A stretch of 64,000 nucleotides of DNA from Phoronis australis (Eukaryota; Animalia; Phoronida): the NCBI GenBank assembly GCA_002633005.1, contig NMRA01000279.1, positions 135,233-199,232 of the forward strand, read 5' to 3'. The notes under the pieces were generated by a model. That model did not search any database. It was given only the letters and a program-made list of their open reading frames with translations, and was not told where the DNA came from. Below are positions 1-13,960 of the stretch, in pieces. Positions within the stretch are counted from its first letter, which is position 1; each line of letters starts with the position of its first letter. The position numbers and the translations under genes were made by a program.

Positions 1-943
1 AAATTTTTTAGCTGGGCCAGTAGAAATAATTCACTGTCAGTCCACAAATTGCAGCTATTTTGACTAAAGAAAAAAGCTGAAATCCCATTCAATAACAGTA
101 AGTGGTCTCAATCATAACAGGAAGCACTGTAGTTATAATTACAGCGTGCATATTTTCATCCTCTTATTGGCCAATGTGTGTGCAAACAAGTCACTGCTGA
201 ACTTTATCCCCAAGGTCACTGGTCAATAATTGCCACTTCTAGGCAGACTCTGCTGAATAGGAAAAGATGTGGGGGTTTTTAATAACTCTGTTGATAACCA
301 AGGCCAATTTATTCTTCATCAACTAGAAGTATTACAAGGAAATGGACAATTACAATGTAACACTAAACCAATTATATGCATCACTCGATCAGCTCTTCAA
401 TGTACCAACTTTTTCAAGTCTATCAAGGAAAGTCTTCGCAGCAGCAAGTTCCATATATTGTTTCCCAAAATCTTGGTTTCAGCTCATTTTCCAACCGCTC
501 AGAAAACAAGACTTCAAAATAGCACACATAATTTGTACACCGCTGATCGTTTGCGCTAGGAGATGATCCCTACTCCCCAAGTTAACTCGACTTTCAATAA
601 TCTTTGAGTGTCAGTCAATTTTTCTTGTGATGGAACAATTAGGAATGACAATCTTTAATTTGGATTAAGTAATCTCACAAGATGTGACTGACAAATGTAA
701 TGCAAATTTAACAAAGAAAATTTAACTAAAATTCTTTTTACTTCCAGATACACAAAAATGAGCATTTTCAAATTTGGAATCGATAAAACTATTTGCAAGT
801 AGTGGTTAGAGTTACAGAAATGCTTTCTTCAAGACAAATTAACATGTTTTAACTTTTCAAACACGTCCAACTGACAATATTCTAAATCAGCAGAAATTCA
901 TTACAAGTAGCACTGAGGAATCACAGGATCACACTCCTAATCA

Positions 944-985
944 CATCACATGACCAACATCACATGACCAACATCACATGATCAC
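944..985. repeat. short tandem repeat, ~3 copies of CATCACATGACCAA (14 bp)
   Basis: Read directly: catcacatgaccaa catcacatgaccaa catcacatgatcac. Confidence 0.8.
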
Positions 986-2049
986 AAACACATGGAACCC
1001 AAAGTAGACACCACATCACTACTTTTAAAAAGGTCATAACTCAAAACAATATCGTCTATAAGAGAATGCAACTTTTATCTATTTCAACATTCAGCAATCT
1101 CACAATGCTAAACCATAAACTGACGTGCGTCCATAGTAATTACACAAGAAATCGCGTCTGACAACAAAATTTAGATCATTCCACAATTGTCATGTGCTTG
1201 CATGGAATGAATGCACCAAATAAAAATGCACACACATATGTACCCTTCTACCTCCTAAACCCATGTAACAGTTAATAACAATTTCCTGTTTTGATCTCAA
1301 TATTTTCTTAACAGATTTTGAATAACATCCCATTACAGTATTCAGTCACTCTCTGTTTGGACCACTGAGATAAATAGGAAAAGGACTAGACAATAATAGA
1401 CTAGATAAAAGCTACATGCAGTCATCAATGCTAACCACAAATAAAATACTTGTGGCTCAACACATCCATAGTCACACCTGTCTCATAAACCTTGTACAAC
1501 GAGAAGACTGCATGCAACTTTTAGAGGCAGACAAAATGGATCCTTGTAAAGTATGGAGTTTAAGCACAATTACCTGCACGTATACAGGCACTAGAAAGAA
1601 ATACAGTTGGTACTCGGAGCAACGCAAGATTCAGTTAAAAGAACAATATTGCAGTCCTTGGTCATTATACTTTTCAAGTCCCAGCATTACCAACTTGTGC
1701 CTCCATCTAGTGCCTGGTCGTGGAACCAGTCTAAGTTCAGCCATATTGCTCTTGGTGAAAAAATGTCCACCTTGGTTTTGTCTCTGACAACAACAAAGTG
1801 TGCCGATCCATCCCCAGCCCAGGAATCAACTGTTAACTTGACTGAGGAACACTTTGAGAACTGTAACTGCTTCAATCCGATCCTAAAATACGTTTTGATG
1901 ACAAACTTAACAAAAGTAGAGATTCCATGTTTACCATGTACGTAATGTTGCTTAAACTCCCTTAAAACTTGAGGTAAACCACAACTTCATAACACCGTGT
2001 GCAGTACACAATTCTGTATTAACAGGTATTCTCGTCAACAACACAGAAA

Positions 2050-2055
2050 TTTATT
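2050..2055 (-). terminator. candidate polyadenylation signal of the bZIP gene (3' UTR ~2.6 kb)
   Basis: AATAAA on the minus strand followed by GT-rich TTTCTGTGTGTTG; lies downstream of the bZIP stop at 4690. Confidence 0.45.
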
Positions 2056-4689
2056 AGATAAATTTGTGTATAATATATATAAAAACATATAACGTATAAT
2101 AATATATCATTTGATTACGTGAGTAGACACACACACAGTAAATAAAACAGATGACTAAGAAACCGTGAAGTAAACAAAGAATCAGTGACTAAAAAGGAGG
2201 TAGGTTAAATGCTGGAAATACAAGAACAATAAATATTCACTTATAAAAGCATGTGAACTTTCATTAAAATTCAATGCCATCAACTCTCTCTGATCTATAT
2301 CACGGGTGGCTATCGAAATACACCGATCTCTTGATGAACCACCGACACTTAAATGACAGACCTAACTTTCTGAATTCAGTCATTGCTGATGGACAGACAC
2401 CTTTATCCAGCCTCCAACCACAACAGTTGACAGAGGAGTTACAACTCGCTTTGAGTCTTCAGTACTTCTGTATTCGACGTTGATCAGGTTATGTTTTAAA
2501 CGCAAAGTTGCCATTTTGTAACTTTTGAATTTTCCTATGCAACTCTTAAGTCCACTATGTAACTTAGTTGATATCTACAGAAACTGTTTGCTTAGAAAAG
2601 GTTTCTAAAAAGTCTAAGAGTTGAACAAGACCATAAGCGGTATACCAAAAGGACAGACAAGAATGAACTGTTGACCGCATTCTCTTCTATAACTCCTTCC
2701 ACAAATCAATGGAAGTTATGTAGAACATCTTTCGATGAGGTCATAACCTGTTTAATTTCTGGCAAGAATCTTCGTTTTGTAACACCTAGCTCATGCTCGT
2801 TTTTCATGAGCAGGACTATATAGGCCAGTTTATGCTGCAACACAACGATTCCGTCTCACTGACCCCTCACAATTGGAAAATTCGCAAGTGAACTATTAAG
2901 TGGCAATGGCAATTGTACAAGACCATTTATGTTAACAACATTGCTCTGGTGGAAGATCAGAAGGCAATGTTTCCAAACTCGCCTATGCAGAAATTATGAC
3001 AGGTTCATTTAATCCGTCGCCTTTTTAATGAGGAATCAAATGCACAGCTAGCCACTGAACAACAGAAACCATGTGACTGGCCACTCTGAATGGAAATAAG
3101 GATAGAATCTTGCCAAATGTATTCACATAGCAAAAAGCAATTGTGAATTCCTTGCATGGCAAGTAGAGCAGCTATTTTGCATCACTCACTCATTCTGAAT
3201 GGAAGACGCACCATGACCAGTAGCTGGCTGTATTCCACGAAATAACTGGGAAAACAACATTCAACATTTCAGCACTTCAAAGCCTAAAATCAAACTTATG
3301 AGCAAATGTCCGGTCTCACAATTTGAAATTATTTTCAAATGCTAAGTGCATTATATTGTAAAATACTTGACAAAATTCTAATATCATCAAATGAAATAAA
3401 ACCAACAGCAACAACACCCCTAGGCCTGGCTGGCCCCGCCCACAATCCAAGGCCCCGCCCACAATCCATGGGTCCTACAGGGAATGACGGTGCAGCGTCT
3501 TACTTCTCTCCTTGACTGGAAACCATTACAAAAATCCCCAAATACAGTAAGTGAGGTAGTTGATTATGTCGAATATTGATAAAACCTATGCAGGAATTTC
3601 AAAGAAATTCATTAATTGCACAGTTTCTATTGAGGTAGACACTACAGCCTTATTAGTAACAGGAAAGTTAAGTGTTAAATGTACACAATATGTAGTCAAT
3701 CCAACAAAAATATTTCACGACCTTGGTTCAGAAGTTAGAAATGTCACACAAAGTTTAGGAAGATAAATACATACAGAGAGGTAGGTCACTTGAGCAGAGT
3801 TGAAAAAACGGACAAATAAGATCGAATCACATACTTTGAATCATCTGCTTTCTCCAGACGTTCGAAAAGCAACTGGCAACTAAAACCCTTCATACTAAAA
3901 ATTATGCATGACGAAATGCAGTGTATTATCATTGTCCTCGACAATAAACTATACCCAGTGAAAGGAAAAGGAGTTACCCGACTGCATAGCGAGCAGTTTC
4001 AATTAATCTCATTGCAGAATTCGACATGCTCAGATGTCTGCAGTCTGCATTAGGAATTCCTCACTGAAGTTAGTTCTCTGCAAGACCTGTAGATGGCAGT
4101 GCTGGCCTCCTAACAGACTCCAAGTAAGATATCATCACACCTGTTGCTCATTGGCAGATTGTGGTACAGATGCAAACAAAAATGCAAATGACCTGGAAAC
4201 TATCCCTCGCCAGTAATACTAATAACTAACACGCCAGTTGCTGGAGAAAACAGTAAATCAACACTTCTGCACCCTCAGAAACCCGAGAGCAATAACAAGA
4301 AATACTACACAAAACCATATCACCAATGACAAAATTTTCTATATACAAAATGTACAACTGATAATATCGAACGAAAACACCGACCTACACCCAGTATTTC
4401 CAGAACAGCTTTCCACAATGATAACACCAGAGGGAGCTAAAGATCACTCACTGAGGAATTAGTTGTGCAAACACTGGCAATAAGAATGCTACTATTAGAA
4501 CAAATTGATTTTGATTATAAATTTGCATAAAATATTTAAAATATGCGTGTAACGTCAAAACAAATTCTATCCGCCATCTTCCAACCTTGACGGGGCAACC
4601 ATGATTTGTACAATGCTATATGTCTGCAAGGTGTATTTGTGCAAGCTTGACTGAGGTAGAAAACGTGCATTTGCTATCAAAGGTCAAGG

Positions 4690-4985
4690 TCATGGACGTC
4701 TCTTTTGCACCAGCAGTTGTCGAAGGGAGGTGGCCTCCTCGCGCAGAGTGTTCACTTGAGCTTTTAAAATGGCATTCTCCTTTTCCAAGAAACTGGCCCG
4801 GATAGCAATTTCGTCTTCTCTAGCCTTACGCGCATCACGTGACTTCTTGGCGGCCATGTTGTTACGTTTCCGCCTCTCGAAGTACTTGCCATCTTTCTGC
4901 TGCTCTGGTATCGTTTTTTTCTCACTCCTCGGTCGCTTTGGCTGTTGGGTGGCAGCTACTGCTCGGGCTATTGCCGGGGAAGTAC
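4690..4985 (-). CDS. terminal coding exon of a PAR-family bZIP transcription factor (CES-2/CG7786/HLF-TEF-like)
   Basis: Acceptor ttattgttttcacag|GT (phase 1), then TSPAIARAVAATQQPKRPRSEKKTIPEQQKDGKYFERRKRNNMAAKKSRDARKAREDEIAIRASFLEKENAILKAQVNTLREEATSLRQLLVQKRRP*. Has the PAR-type basic region (KD.KY..RR..NN.AA..SRDAR), the fork IAIRASFLEKEN and a leucine zipper. Confidence 0.95.
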
Positions 4986-5530
4986 CTGTGAAAACAATAA
5001 TGTCACGTGACTATTCCAGGTACCAGACAGAACACGGACACAGTGGTGACTGATGATAAAGTTATTCTTCATCTACAGTATTGCAATGAAGTCACAATTT
5101 GTTTTAAAAAAATTTCTATACAAAATCGTAATCTGTTATAAGCTTTATTTTCATTGTGTCAGCTTTGAAAAATGAAGAACTAAATCTCCATTATTTTAGT
5201 GTGAAAAAGGGATTACTGTAACTGAAACACCACATTCCTGGTAACTAATAACAAGTCTTCAGTAATTTTGTACAAAATTATTCTCAAACGCTGTCTTCAA
5301 TAGCTATACAGAAAATCTAAATATTACCAAATGTTTTGGTAACAGGAATCAAATTCTATAAAGTTCAATTTGAGAAATTTGAAATCATAGTAATCTACTT
5401 GTGTGCTGAATATATACGAAGTATTATTCAAGGCGAAATGAACAACAAACGGACGTGCATCTCATAGATGTGAGAACCTCGCAGAAATACAAGATCATGC
5501 ATGCAGGACTTTGTGACATATTGCCATGTA

Positions 5531-5820
5531 CAGTAAAAATTCTCCAATTTCTGCCAGTCTCTAGAATTTGGGACACAGAAACTTCGACAACAATTGAATT
5601 TTCCTTATTCTGTAATTCGGGACAACGGCGAGTTTGGCATTCACCATATTTCTCAAATTTTGGACTATATTTTCTCAGTCTAAAGAGTGGGAAATTTTGT
5701 CATCCTGATGATTCTTGAATTTGGATGGCCAGCATTGCCCATTTCTAAAATTTGCAACAAATTCCAATATTGAGGAAAATAATTAATTTTTCACCGCCTC
5801 AAATTAGAGAATTTTCACCG
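5531..5820. mobile_element. MITE, Tc1/mariner-pogo-like, ~20-bp TIRs, TA on both flanks
   Basis: TA|CAGTAAAAATTCTCCAATTT ... AAATTAGAGAATTTTCACCG|TA; partial second copy at 26515. Confidence 0.8.
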
Positions 5821-8438
5821 TAATGCAAGTGAAGCACCGGAAACGCTGCTAGACTAACTTTGTATTTTAGGAAGTCTGCATCACACGATTGTTTTAGTCA
5901 AAAGATCAAATGTATCTGAATACATCCCGGGAGGATTTCTTAGGTGGAGCTCTTGTTTGATCAATGCTGTGAGCATGTCAACATGTTTCATTGCGATTGA
6001 ATGCAGTTTTCACCAACAACCAGATACAATGAATCTTTAATGACTACCAATAAAGAAGTACCATGATTGAGTACCACAGTGCCCTGACAGTACCACAGAA
6101 CTACACAAAAAAACAATCAAGATTGACATGATACATCTGCCACACAAGGCCACATGGTCATTTTTGTTCCAGGAATGTTTACAGCGCACAATTCATAAAC
6201 ACTATAGTTGCCAAATAATCAAGGCACATGCAGTGTCCACTTATGCTTGCCTGAACCTATAACATGACAGGTGGCGACCCCACGTGGCCGTAGAACCAGT
6301 GACACACACAGACTGTAGGTAACAGAGAACAGACTGACTTGGATCAATAAACAGAGTTTTTATTGGGTGACCCACCTATTTAGTTACATAATTTGTGGCA
6401 ATAGTTATTGGGGACCAAACATTCACACCTCTTTCAGGAAGAGATCACGGGTCAATAATATGGCACTTAGTAGTCCATATCAGCCATAACCATCACTTCA
6501 CATTTTGTTAACACTGTGCACCAACTCCCTTACAGTCTTGGCCGTCAGAACCGTAGAAAAGTGAAAAAATTGCTAAATATCAGGCACTTAACGAATTGCT
6601 GTTTCCCAGGTGTTTGTGATTGCATCTATTAATTCGAAACCAGCCAGAATATCTAATCACCAAGAAATGAATGTACACTTGTCAAATCTGAAATAGCAAA
6701 AAGTCATCTTCCCAACAAATCTCTAAGCACCCAGTATTTATGGGATAACCCGTGATTTATTAGTATTTCATTATTCAAATGTCCAGCAAAATCTGATGTG
6801 GTTGAACAAATCTCTTATTTATTCTCAACTTTCTATACACGCATATTTTTGGAATCTTGAATTGGTTGTATTTACAGCAACTGTAAAGCAAGCACTTCAG
6901 CCCAAGGAAAAGGGATTTCCATTTACTTGGAACTTCTCCAACTTGAAAAAATGACATGGATTGATGCTCCTCATGGCTTGTGATAATATGAGAAAGGGCC
7001 TTCGCAAATGCATGAAAACAGTACACCACATGAACTTTTAAGTTGCAGAGGGAGACCAACCCATACTTTCCTTCCTAGATGAAAATTATGACAGGAAATC
7101 TTAGGAACAAAATTTGAAATTTACTGAAAGGATAATGCCCAGAACTCGGGTTTCTAGCTTAAAATCGCCTCACGTGATATTCAGTACATGCCAAAGGCAT
7201 TCAGACAAAATGGCCATGAATTCCTATCATGACGACTGGAAACAAAGTCAACGACATAGCTGTCTCACATCCTGATCTTCATCACCGCGAATGAAAGGGA
7301 ATTTACAGATTCAATAAGGTGGAAACACTACTCTGTCATTAACAATTTGCTGCAATGTCACTCCTGAGTTCATTCACAATCATTTCAGCTGCGAAGGGTA
7401 TTAGCCGTCAGAGAGATGGTGTTTTGCCTTGATTATATTTTTGGCGTGTACCGCTACAAAATTAGACGTGTAATTTGCATCTAACGCTGAAAACAAAAGT
7501 GATGCAGGTACTCTACTTTATTACGGCATAACATTGGGAAATATGGTGGTGAAGTAATGAGCGCCCACATATACCTATAGCCTACCAGCAGCCATATATT
7601 TAGAGCCATTGAGGAACACCAGGTCTATGAATAAATCAGAATTGCATAACCATCAGTAACAGGGGGAATAACCTTCTAACTGAATATCCAATGAAGCCAG
7701 CTGGATGTCTGCAATAGCACATCACTGTAATGTAAAATTCTCAACAGCTACATAAGTTCCTAAAAGCTTCTCCATTTTGCCAATCCACAAGTGAAATCGA
7801 TGTAAATTAGACTGTTCACAAATTAGGGTACACAGATTTGCTCAGCCCCACAAAAAGATGGCAGGTGATGAACGCGTTGCACAGAGAGGTATATATATGT
7901 AGGATGTGACTGTATTCAAAGTTCAAGGGCCCACTAAACAGATAGTTGCAGTATTTGACTGATTACATAACAAGCAGTGAAGGCAGACAACTTCCCTCAG
8001 CATCAATGCACCATCTCAGACCAAAGGATAGACAGTGTTACATAATAATAGCTGAGATACAGGGAGATGATCCCTCTACACCAACTTATGCCCTGTTCAC
8101 ACCAATGTGGTTATGACTTTCACAACTGAAAAGGTCTGAATGTTTTGTAAAACCGGTTTAAAAGTCGTAGCTGTAGCACAGTGTGCAAGTGGTTTAGTGA
8201 TAGGTTACGGCTGTTACAATTGGTGAGAAAACGATAGTAGCAAAAGTTGCAACTCAGTAAGAGGCACTGTTGTCAAATTTCATCAGAAACGGTCACGGGG
8301 GCACTATCTGGGGTTAAGATAGCACTGAAGACTAAGACTAAACCACAAACTACTCTATTTCAACAGTTTTAAGTGTGATGTGAACAACTATTGCATAACA
8401 GTTGCAATACTAGGTAGAGTTACAGCCTAGTAGCTTAC

Positions 8439-8466
8439 CTGAGCACAGCTTATAAAGCTGTGTCAT
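8439..8466 (-). CDS. candidate alternative first coding micro-exon (MTQLYKLCS-G) of the bZIP gene
   Basis: ATG..TCA G|GTAAGC, strong phase-1 donor, in frame with the bZIP exon; no homology support. Confidence 0.3.
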
Positions 8467-10269
8467 ATACTGACAATAGAGCAGGGATATTCTTGACCAA
8501 GTTCGAACAGGTGCCCTTTGGGCGCACCTGGTGATAAAAAGTGTGCCATTTTTCAAAAAGCTGTGCCCAGCAGACTTAGTGTAATTAAAGTAGTAATATA
8601 TGAAACAAACCGCAAGGGCAATCGAAACAAGAATACAGTCATGTTCAGGTATAAGTTGCATTTTTATTTTAAAATTTCATATAATAAGGCAATCTGACAT
8701 AGACTTCAAACAGACTGTTCAGCTGTGGCGGAGTAAAAATACACTGACTATAAGTTGACTAGAATTTTGCATTTTTGGAAGTGTTGCATTTTAAAAGAAG
8801 CGCCTGCGGGGTGCACTGCTGCAATGTACTTGTGCCTTTTTATTTTTTATGAGCTAAGGAAGGGGGGGGGCAACAACAATTTTCAAAAGGAATAATCGTT
8901 TGTGTGTACCTTACAACCCGCATGTTCAGATCAGTCTCGGGAAAATTCCTCAAAAGCAAGTCATGTGCATCAAAGAAGGACAACTGCACGATTTCATCCA
9001 GGATTTCAAAATTTAGCGTTCAAAATGGGTTACAAATTTCTCAGGGCATACATGACCAATGACATGTCTCTGCGCTTTCGAGACCCCCTTGTTCAGATGC
9101 ACAAGCCCACCTTACTATTGATAAACAGCACAAGTTGACTTTAGGGCAATAACAGGCATGATTGTTAAAACCATACGTAAAGACACGTTTCAAAAACGGC
9201 CACCGTGCGAGAATAACTGAAACATGACATCGGAAAGGCTCCAGGAGGATATTACTCCATGTTAGAAAAAAAACAATTCTTATTTTCAACATAAGAATCA
9301 TCGGGTGCTCATTCAATTTCAACTTCATTTCAATTTTAATTCTATTTGACTGTTTAAAAGTTTTGACCTGTTGGTTTATTTGAACAATTGAAAAAGAATG
9401 CCAGAAGTAAGATACCCTTGCATAATCAGAATACTTCGGTTACAGAAACATTCTTGACACAAACATGAGCAATGCAAAATTAAAAGTTAAGGGACCCCAA
9501 CCATGACCAGAAAACTCTAAACTCTAAATAGTCACGCGTCCTTTGTTTCGACAGCAGTGACTCTACACTGTTGGCACCAGGACTTATATGGCAGACAGCA
9601 TGACATCACTTGATCAAATTGGACAGAGGTCAGAGGGTTTGAGGAATTTGACCACTGGTCAATAAACGGTCATACTCTCTCAAAACAGCACAACATTTGC
9701 ACACAGTGTGCAACAGAAACAAGGCAGTGGTCAGGGATAGGTCATATTCTATAACTGCTATTGGTCTAGTCTATTGACCAAGGAGTAACAGAAGCAGGCT
9801 TTGACAAAAGGCACAAAGAGTAATGCCCAGGGCCTGTTAGTGACCAGACAGTCCGCTCATTTACTTTCTACACTAAAGCTTGATGTGGAAAAATGAGATT
9901 ACTTTATAACTACAACAGTCAACTACAACAGTTGGTCATCAACTCAGCTATACCATTTCAGAAAATAAATAATTGAATAATTAGTTCAAAGAATAAGAAA
10001 CCAAAACTTCTGATTTAGATCACTTCACCACCATCATTCACCTCGCTCTTTCCTAATTTCTGCGCCTTGTCCATTCATTATAGCTTGAGACCGTGGCTGA
10101 GTCCGTACATGCACCAATCTTGTGAAGGAAGCTGGCATGATCACGTGCCTTGCTTGAAACACATGTTTGTATCTCATGAAGTTTTGCGTGATTTTACATT
10201 TCGAAAAGTTCCTGCATCTACGGAACGAGCGCTTGGTTCAATTAAATAAAATATCCTGATGTGACAACA

Positions 10270-10405
10270 CGAGTTCAGTGAATAAAGCCAGAAAAGCAAG
10301 ACTTCGCGAGACTAAGCGAGATATCGCTGTGTTTTTTAAATGAGAGCACATGATTTTGGCTAGATTTTTCTCGCTGCGAGACAGTTATTGAATTCCCTAG
10401 CCCCG
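10270..10405 (+). mobile_element. ~145-bp MITE family copy 1 (decayed ends)
   Basis: Core AGAAAAGCAAGACTTCGCGAGA..AAATGAGA..TGATTTTGGCTAGATTTTTC shared with copies at 11806, 51770 and 52395. Confidence 0.7.
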
Positions 10406-11805
10406 AGCAATAACAAACTCAGTTCAACCAAAACACAGAAATTACCTCTAATAGTCTGAAACAAGTTGAGACAAGTTTTGTAATGCTATGTGATTAAAAG
10501 TGCAAGTTATTTTTGACAGAATTCAGATCTAAAGCAGCTTAAACATTCAATAACCATTCCTAGTGCCTAAAAAGTAAGCTTGTGTGGTTTTAAAAAAATC
10601 AATCATCTTTCCAGAGATTATTATTGCAAATATTCGATTTAATGCTGTGAACATTTGTATCACAATTTTGTCGTGAAAATAACCTTCACTTCACCAACCT
10701 GTGATCTTATATTACTGGTGACTGCGCTCGTTACTAACTTTTTCATGTCGAATATCAATAAAGTGTTTTGAGGGTGCAATCGCGAACACCAAAATGTTGA
10801 AATCATAGTGCCCTTTACACTTACTAAGTTGACACGGATCAGCTGACAGGGAACAAGTCGTTTTAGTGTGTAAACGGACTGACACAGCAAATTGACACCG
10901 CAGTGACAAATTTTTGCCACCCGTTTGTGTGTGAGATAGAGTAATTTGCGCCCGAACATCTTGCGCTGTGTCAATTATAAGTCTAAACGCAAATCTGGAG
11001 TAAGGCAGAAAGGATCATCTCTACTGCGCTTGTGCAATGACCTACATACGGGTTCGTTGTCTCTGCAACTCTCGTCATTTGTAAGCCTACGCATGTACGA
11101 TCCAGTCATACAAATTGCCAAAATACTTTTAAAAGATTGATCATGTTGGAGACTTCGGTAGTTTTCTCAGGTTCTTATTTTTGTCATCTGTGTTATGCGC
11201 TGGTTTGGACTTCAATGTTCTAGAGATACGGTAAACTTTACTTACATTCAAACGAAAATAGTGGCTAAAATTGTCATTTTATTAATTTTTCACTGAATGG
11301 CCAAAAATGTTCCTTGCTGACAGCTGTACTACTATATAGTAAAATTTTCTTGTTTACTTTTGTTGAAAATTATAATAAAACAAAATTTTACTCTTCTGTC
11401 ATATGGTCTTCCAATTAGAGAAAACATTAATCTAAAGATACTTTGCTAAATTTGACCAATCTTGGTCAAACATATCCCGTTACCTCATTTGATGACTTTT
11501 TGAGGTTGAATTTCAGCTGACTTATCTTTGACTGAACAATGAATTTTGATGCATTTTCACAAAAAGTTGTTTAACGCCACATTCACTCTCCCAGCCACAC
11601 AAGTTGAAACTATTTGTCTAGCTAATGATTTCCGAAGTAGAAAACCCCCCAACATAACTGCAAGGAGTCCAGGCTCAACACCGCACAACATAACATGACA
11701 TTATCCAATATCCAATATATCATCTTTAGTGCACCAAGGGGTCAGCCTTTCTTGTACTCTAGTCACTCCTCCCAGCCATATAAGATACCCCTGGCCAGCA
11801 TTATA

Positions 11806-11952
11806 CCTGGGTAGAGTTAACGAACGCTAGTACCTCACAAGAAAGGCAAGATCTCGCGAGATTCCGCATGATATCGCCACTTAATTTCAATGAGAGTGCT
11901 TGATTTTGGCTAGATTATTCTCATCGTGTTACAACTTTTGCACTCTACCCGG
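11806..11952 (+). mobile_element. ~145-bp MITE family copy 2
   Basis: Ends CCTGGGTAGAGT...ACTCTACCCGG (TIR); same internal core as the other three copies. Confidence 0.75.
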
Positions 11953-13011
11953 ACCTAGACAAGTATATAACAGGTGGAGTGAAATAATGATATAAGGGCT
12001 TGTGGTTTCAGAATAATACACTTGCTTAAATCCATTAAAATGGCATTGCCAACAACAACTTCGTTTCACACTTGAATTTGGTATTTTGACAAGAATTTAC
12101 ATTTTTTTAGATCTTCAAAAACAGCTCTATGAAACCACTACGTTCACAGATGATGGAACTTAAGTTGCGAAGAGTAAGGATACGTAAGACCTTATCAACA
12201 AGTTTGTAGATTCAGCCACGTAGCAAAAAATTTAAGTTTGCCTCAGTAAAAGTACATAGTTCCTGAAAGTAGAGAGTCAGTAGAATTCGATTCATTCTTG
12301 ACTTTACGCCAATCTGTCATTGATTGGATCACGTGACCACCTGGTTTTAGTAAAATTTACAGAAAAAAGAAAGATGCAAATTTCGTTTGACGTAAATGTT
12401 CAAGAGGAAATCTCAAAGGTGTTGTTACATTTCTAAATTATAATTTTGTTTCCATAAGGACTAAAGGTGCAATTTTAATTTTTCATCAGTTTAGTCCCTC
12501 TTACAAAAGCGGGCCATTAAAAAAAGACAATCCCTAAAGAATTTTGAAGGGCAATATATAAATTGCAGTATCCGGAAGTTTCATTTCAATTTGATTAGCC
12601 CTTCATGCGCTTTGATCCTACACAGCCTTTCTTTACAAACTATGACCATCACAAACCAAACACCCCAGGGTTTAAAATTCATCATCGATTCAGGAATACA
12701 AAATTCTAACAGTTTCAACTCATATTTGTCAGCAAACACAGCGGAATAGTTTTTGAGGTTTTCATTCCTTTAATGCAGGTATTATTGTATAAAATATTTA
12801 TTTGTTCGGCGAACGCGCACCCACTCAATAATTTATCAGTCCAGCTAATCAGCATTCTCCTGGGGAAAACGACAATGGTACGTTTCACATTATCACCTTC
12901 ATGACAAATGCACTTTACTAGTTTATAGCAACCGTCTATGCATAAATATCCTGTCCAATATCACTAACAGCATCTACATAATTATCTGTATCATTATTAG
13001 GTTTCACTCAC

Positions 13012-13075
13012 CCAGCAAAATTGCAGTCTTTTCACGTAAGATTTCGATAAAGAAATCGTATAACAAAAATTTCAT
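13012..13075 (-). CDS. weak candidate alternative first exon (MKFLLYDFFIEILREKTAILL-G)
   Basis: ATG open to CTG G|GTGAGT (phase 1), but AT-rich, non-coding-like composition. Confidence 0.15.
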
Positions 13076-13766
13076 CAACTAATAGGAGTACCTATGTGGT
13101 GAAACCATTACCTAAGATAAGACTTTAGCAACTTTGGCTACAAATCACTGCCAGAATTGCATTGTCCCTCTTTTCATTTACCAAACGTATCAAACTTTGT
13201 TGTGAATGCTTGTAATTTTTTAAAGCAGCGTCTGATGGCAGCTATGGTTTGTAACTTGAAAACGCAAATTCTTTTGGTCGTACTCGTAGTTCCGAGAAAA
13301 ACTGACAAGGCACATTATATCTTGTCAGTAAGGTGTCATAAAATGACAAGACTTTAACCGAATACTGACCAGAGGTCGTGGACTCTATTCCAGCCTTTAC
13401 CGGCTATTGTTCTGAACACGCTCAGCAGAATCTCTTCTCATTTTTTTGTGAAACCATCCAACTTTATCCAGACTGGGTCCCATTATAATAATGAAAGTTA
13501 TACCGTCAAAAAATACGAAATCCATTACCAGTTGCAGTGCATGGGGCTTTTTAAAAAATTGTAAAATCTAAAACGGTGAGCAGGACTCGAGCAAGTAAAT
13601 GCTCGAAAATATGGGTGGAAAAAGCAAAATACATGTGCAAAATAAACCTCACTGGTATCACTCGCATGGGCGCTGGACGTTCCGCTTTTTTGTTTTTGGT
13701 CATCAGAGTAGTTCTCAGGCAGAATGCTCACAACTAAGTTCCATTGAATTTCTCTATTCGACCAGT

Positions 13767-13960
13767 GGTCTCAATCTCTGAGTGGACTAGAGCGTCTACA
13801 CGGTTAGCAGAAGGTCTGACGTTCGAGTACCGGTTGGGGAAGAAATATTTCAGATTTATAATCATTAAGTCATGTGATGTGGCCAACAGGTGGCGTGCAA
13901 ACAACACTTAAAAATGTTAAAGATTTGCATTTCCACGGCGGTTTAAGATTGATCTATTCA
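13767..13960 (+). mobile_element. tRNA-derived SINE
   Basis: tRNA-like head (CTGAGTGGACTAGAGCG..GTTCGAGTACC, A/B-box-like); body GGTTGGGG..ATGTGGCCAACAGGTG..TTTCCAC shared with 24193-24336. Confidence 0.7.

Noticed and set aside
269-566. ORFs 269-559 and 342-566 and most other 60-130 aa ORFs in the track
   Set aside because: No recognisable domains, codon bias or splice structure; expected by chance, many with GTG/TTG starts irrelevant in animal DNA.
3432-3468. Duplicated GC-box GGCCCCGCCCACAATCCA
   Set aside because: Simple 19-bp tandem duplication within the presumed 3' UTR; no other promoter evidence.
4620-5053. Plus-strand ORFs 4620-4805 and 4769-5053
   Set aside because: Antisense shadows of the bZIP exon.
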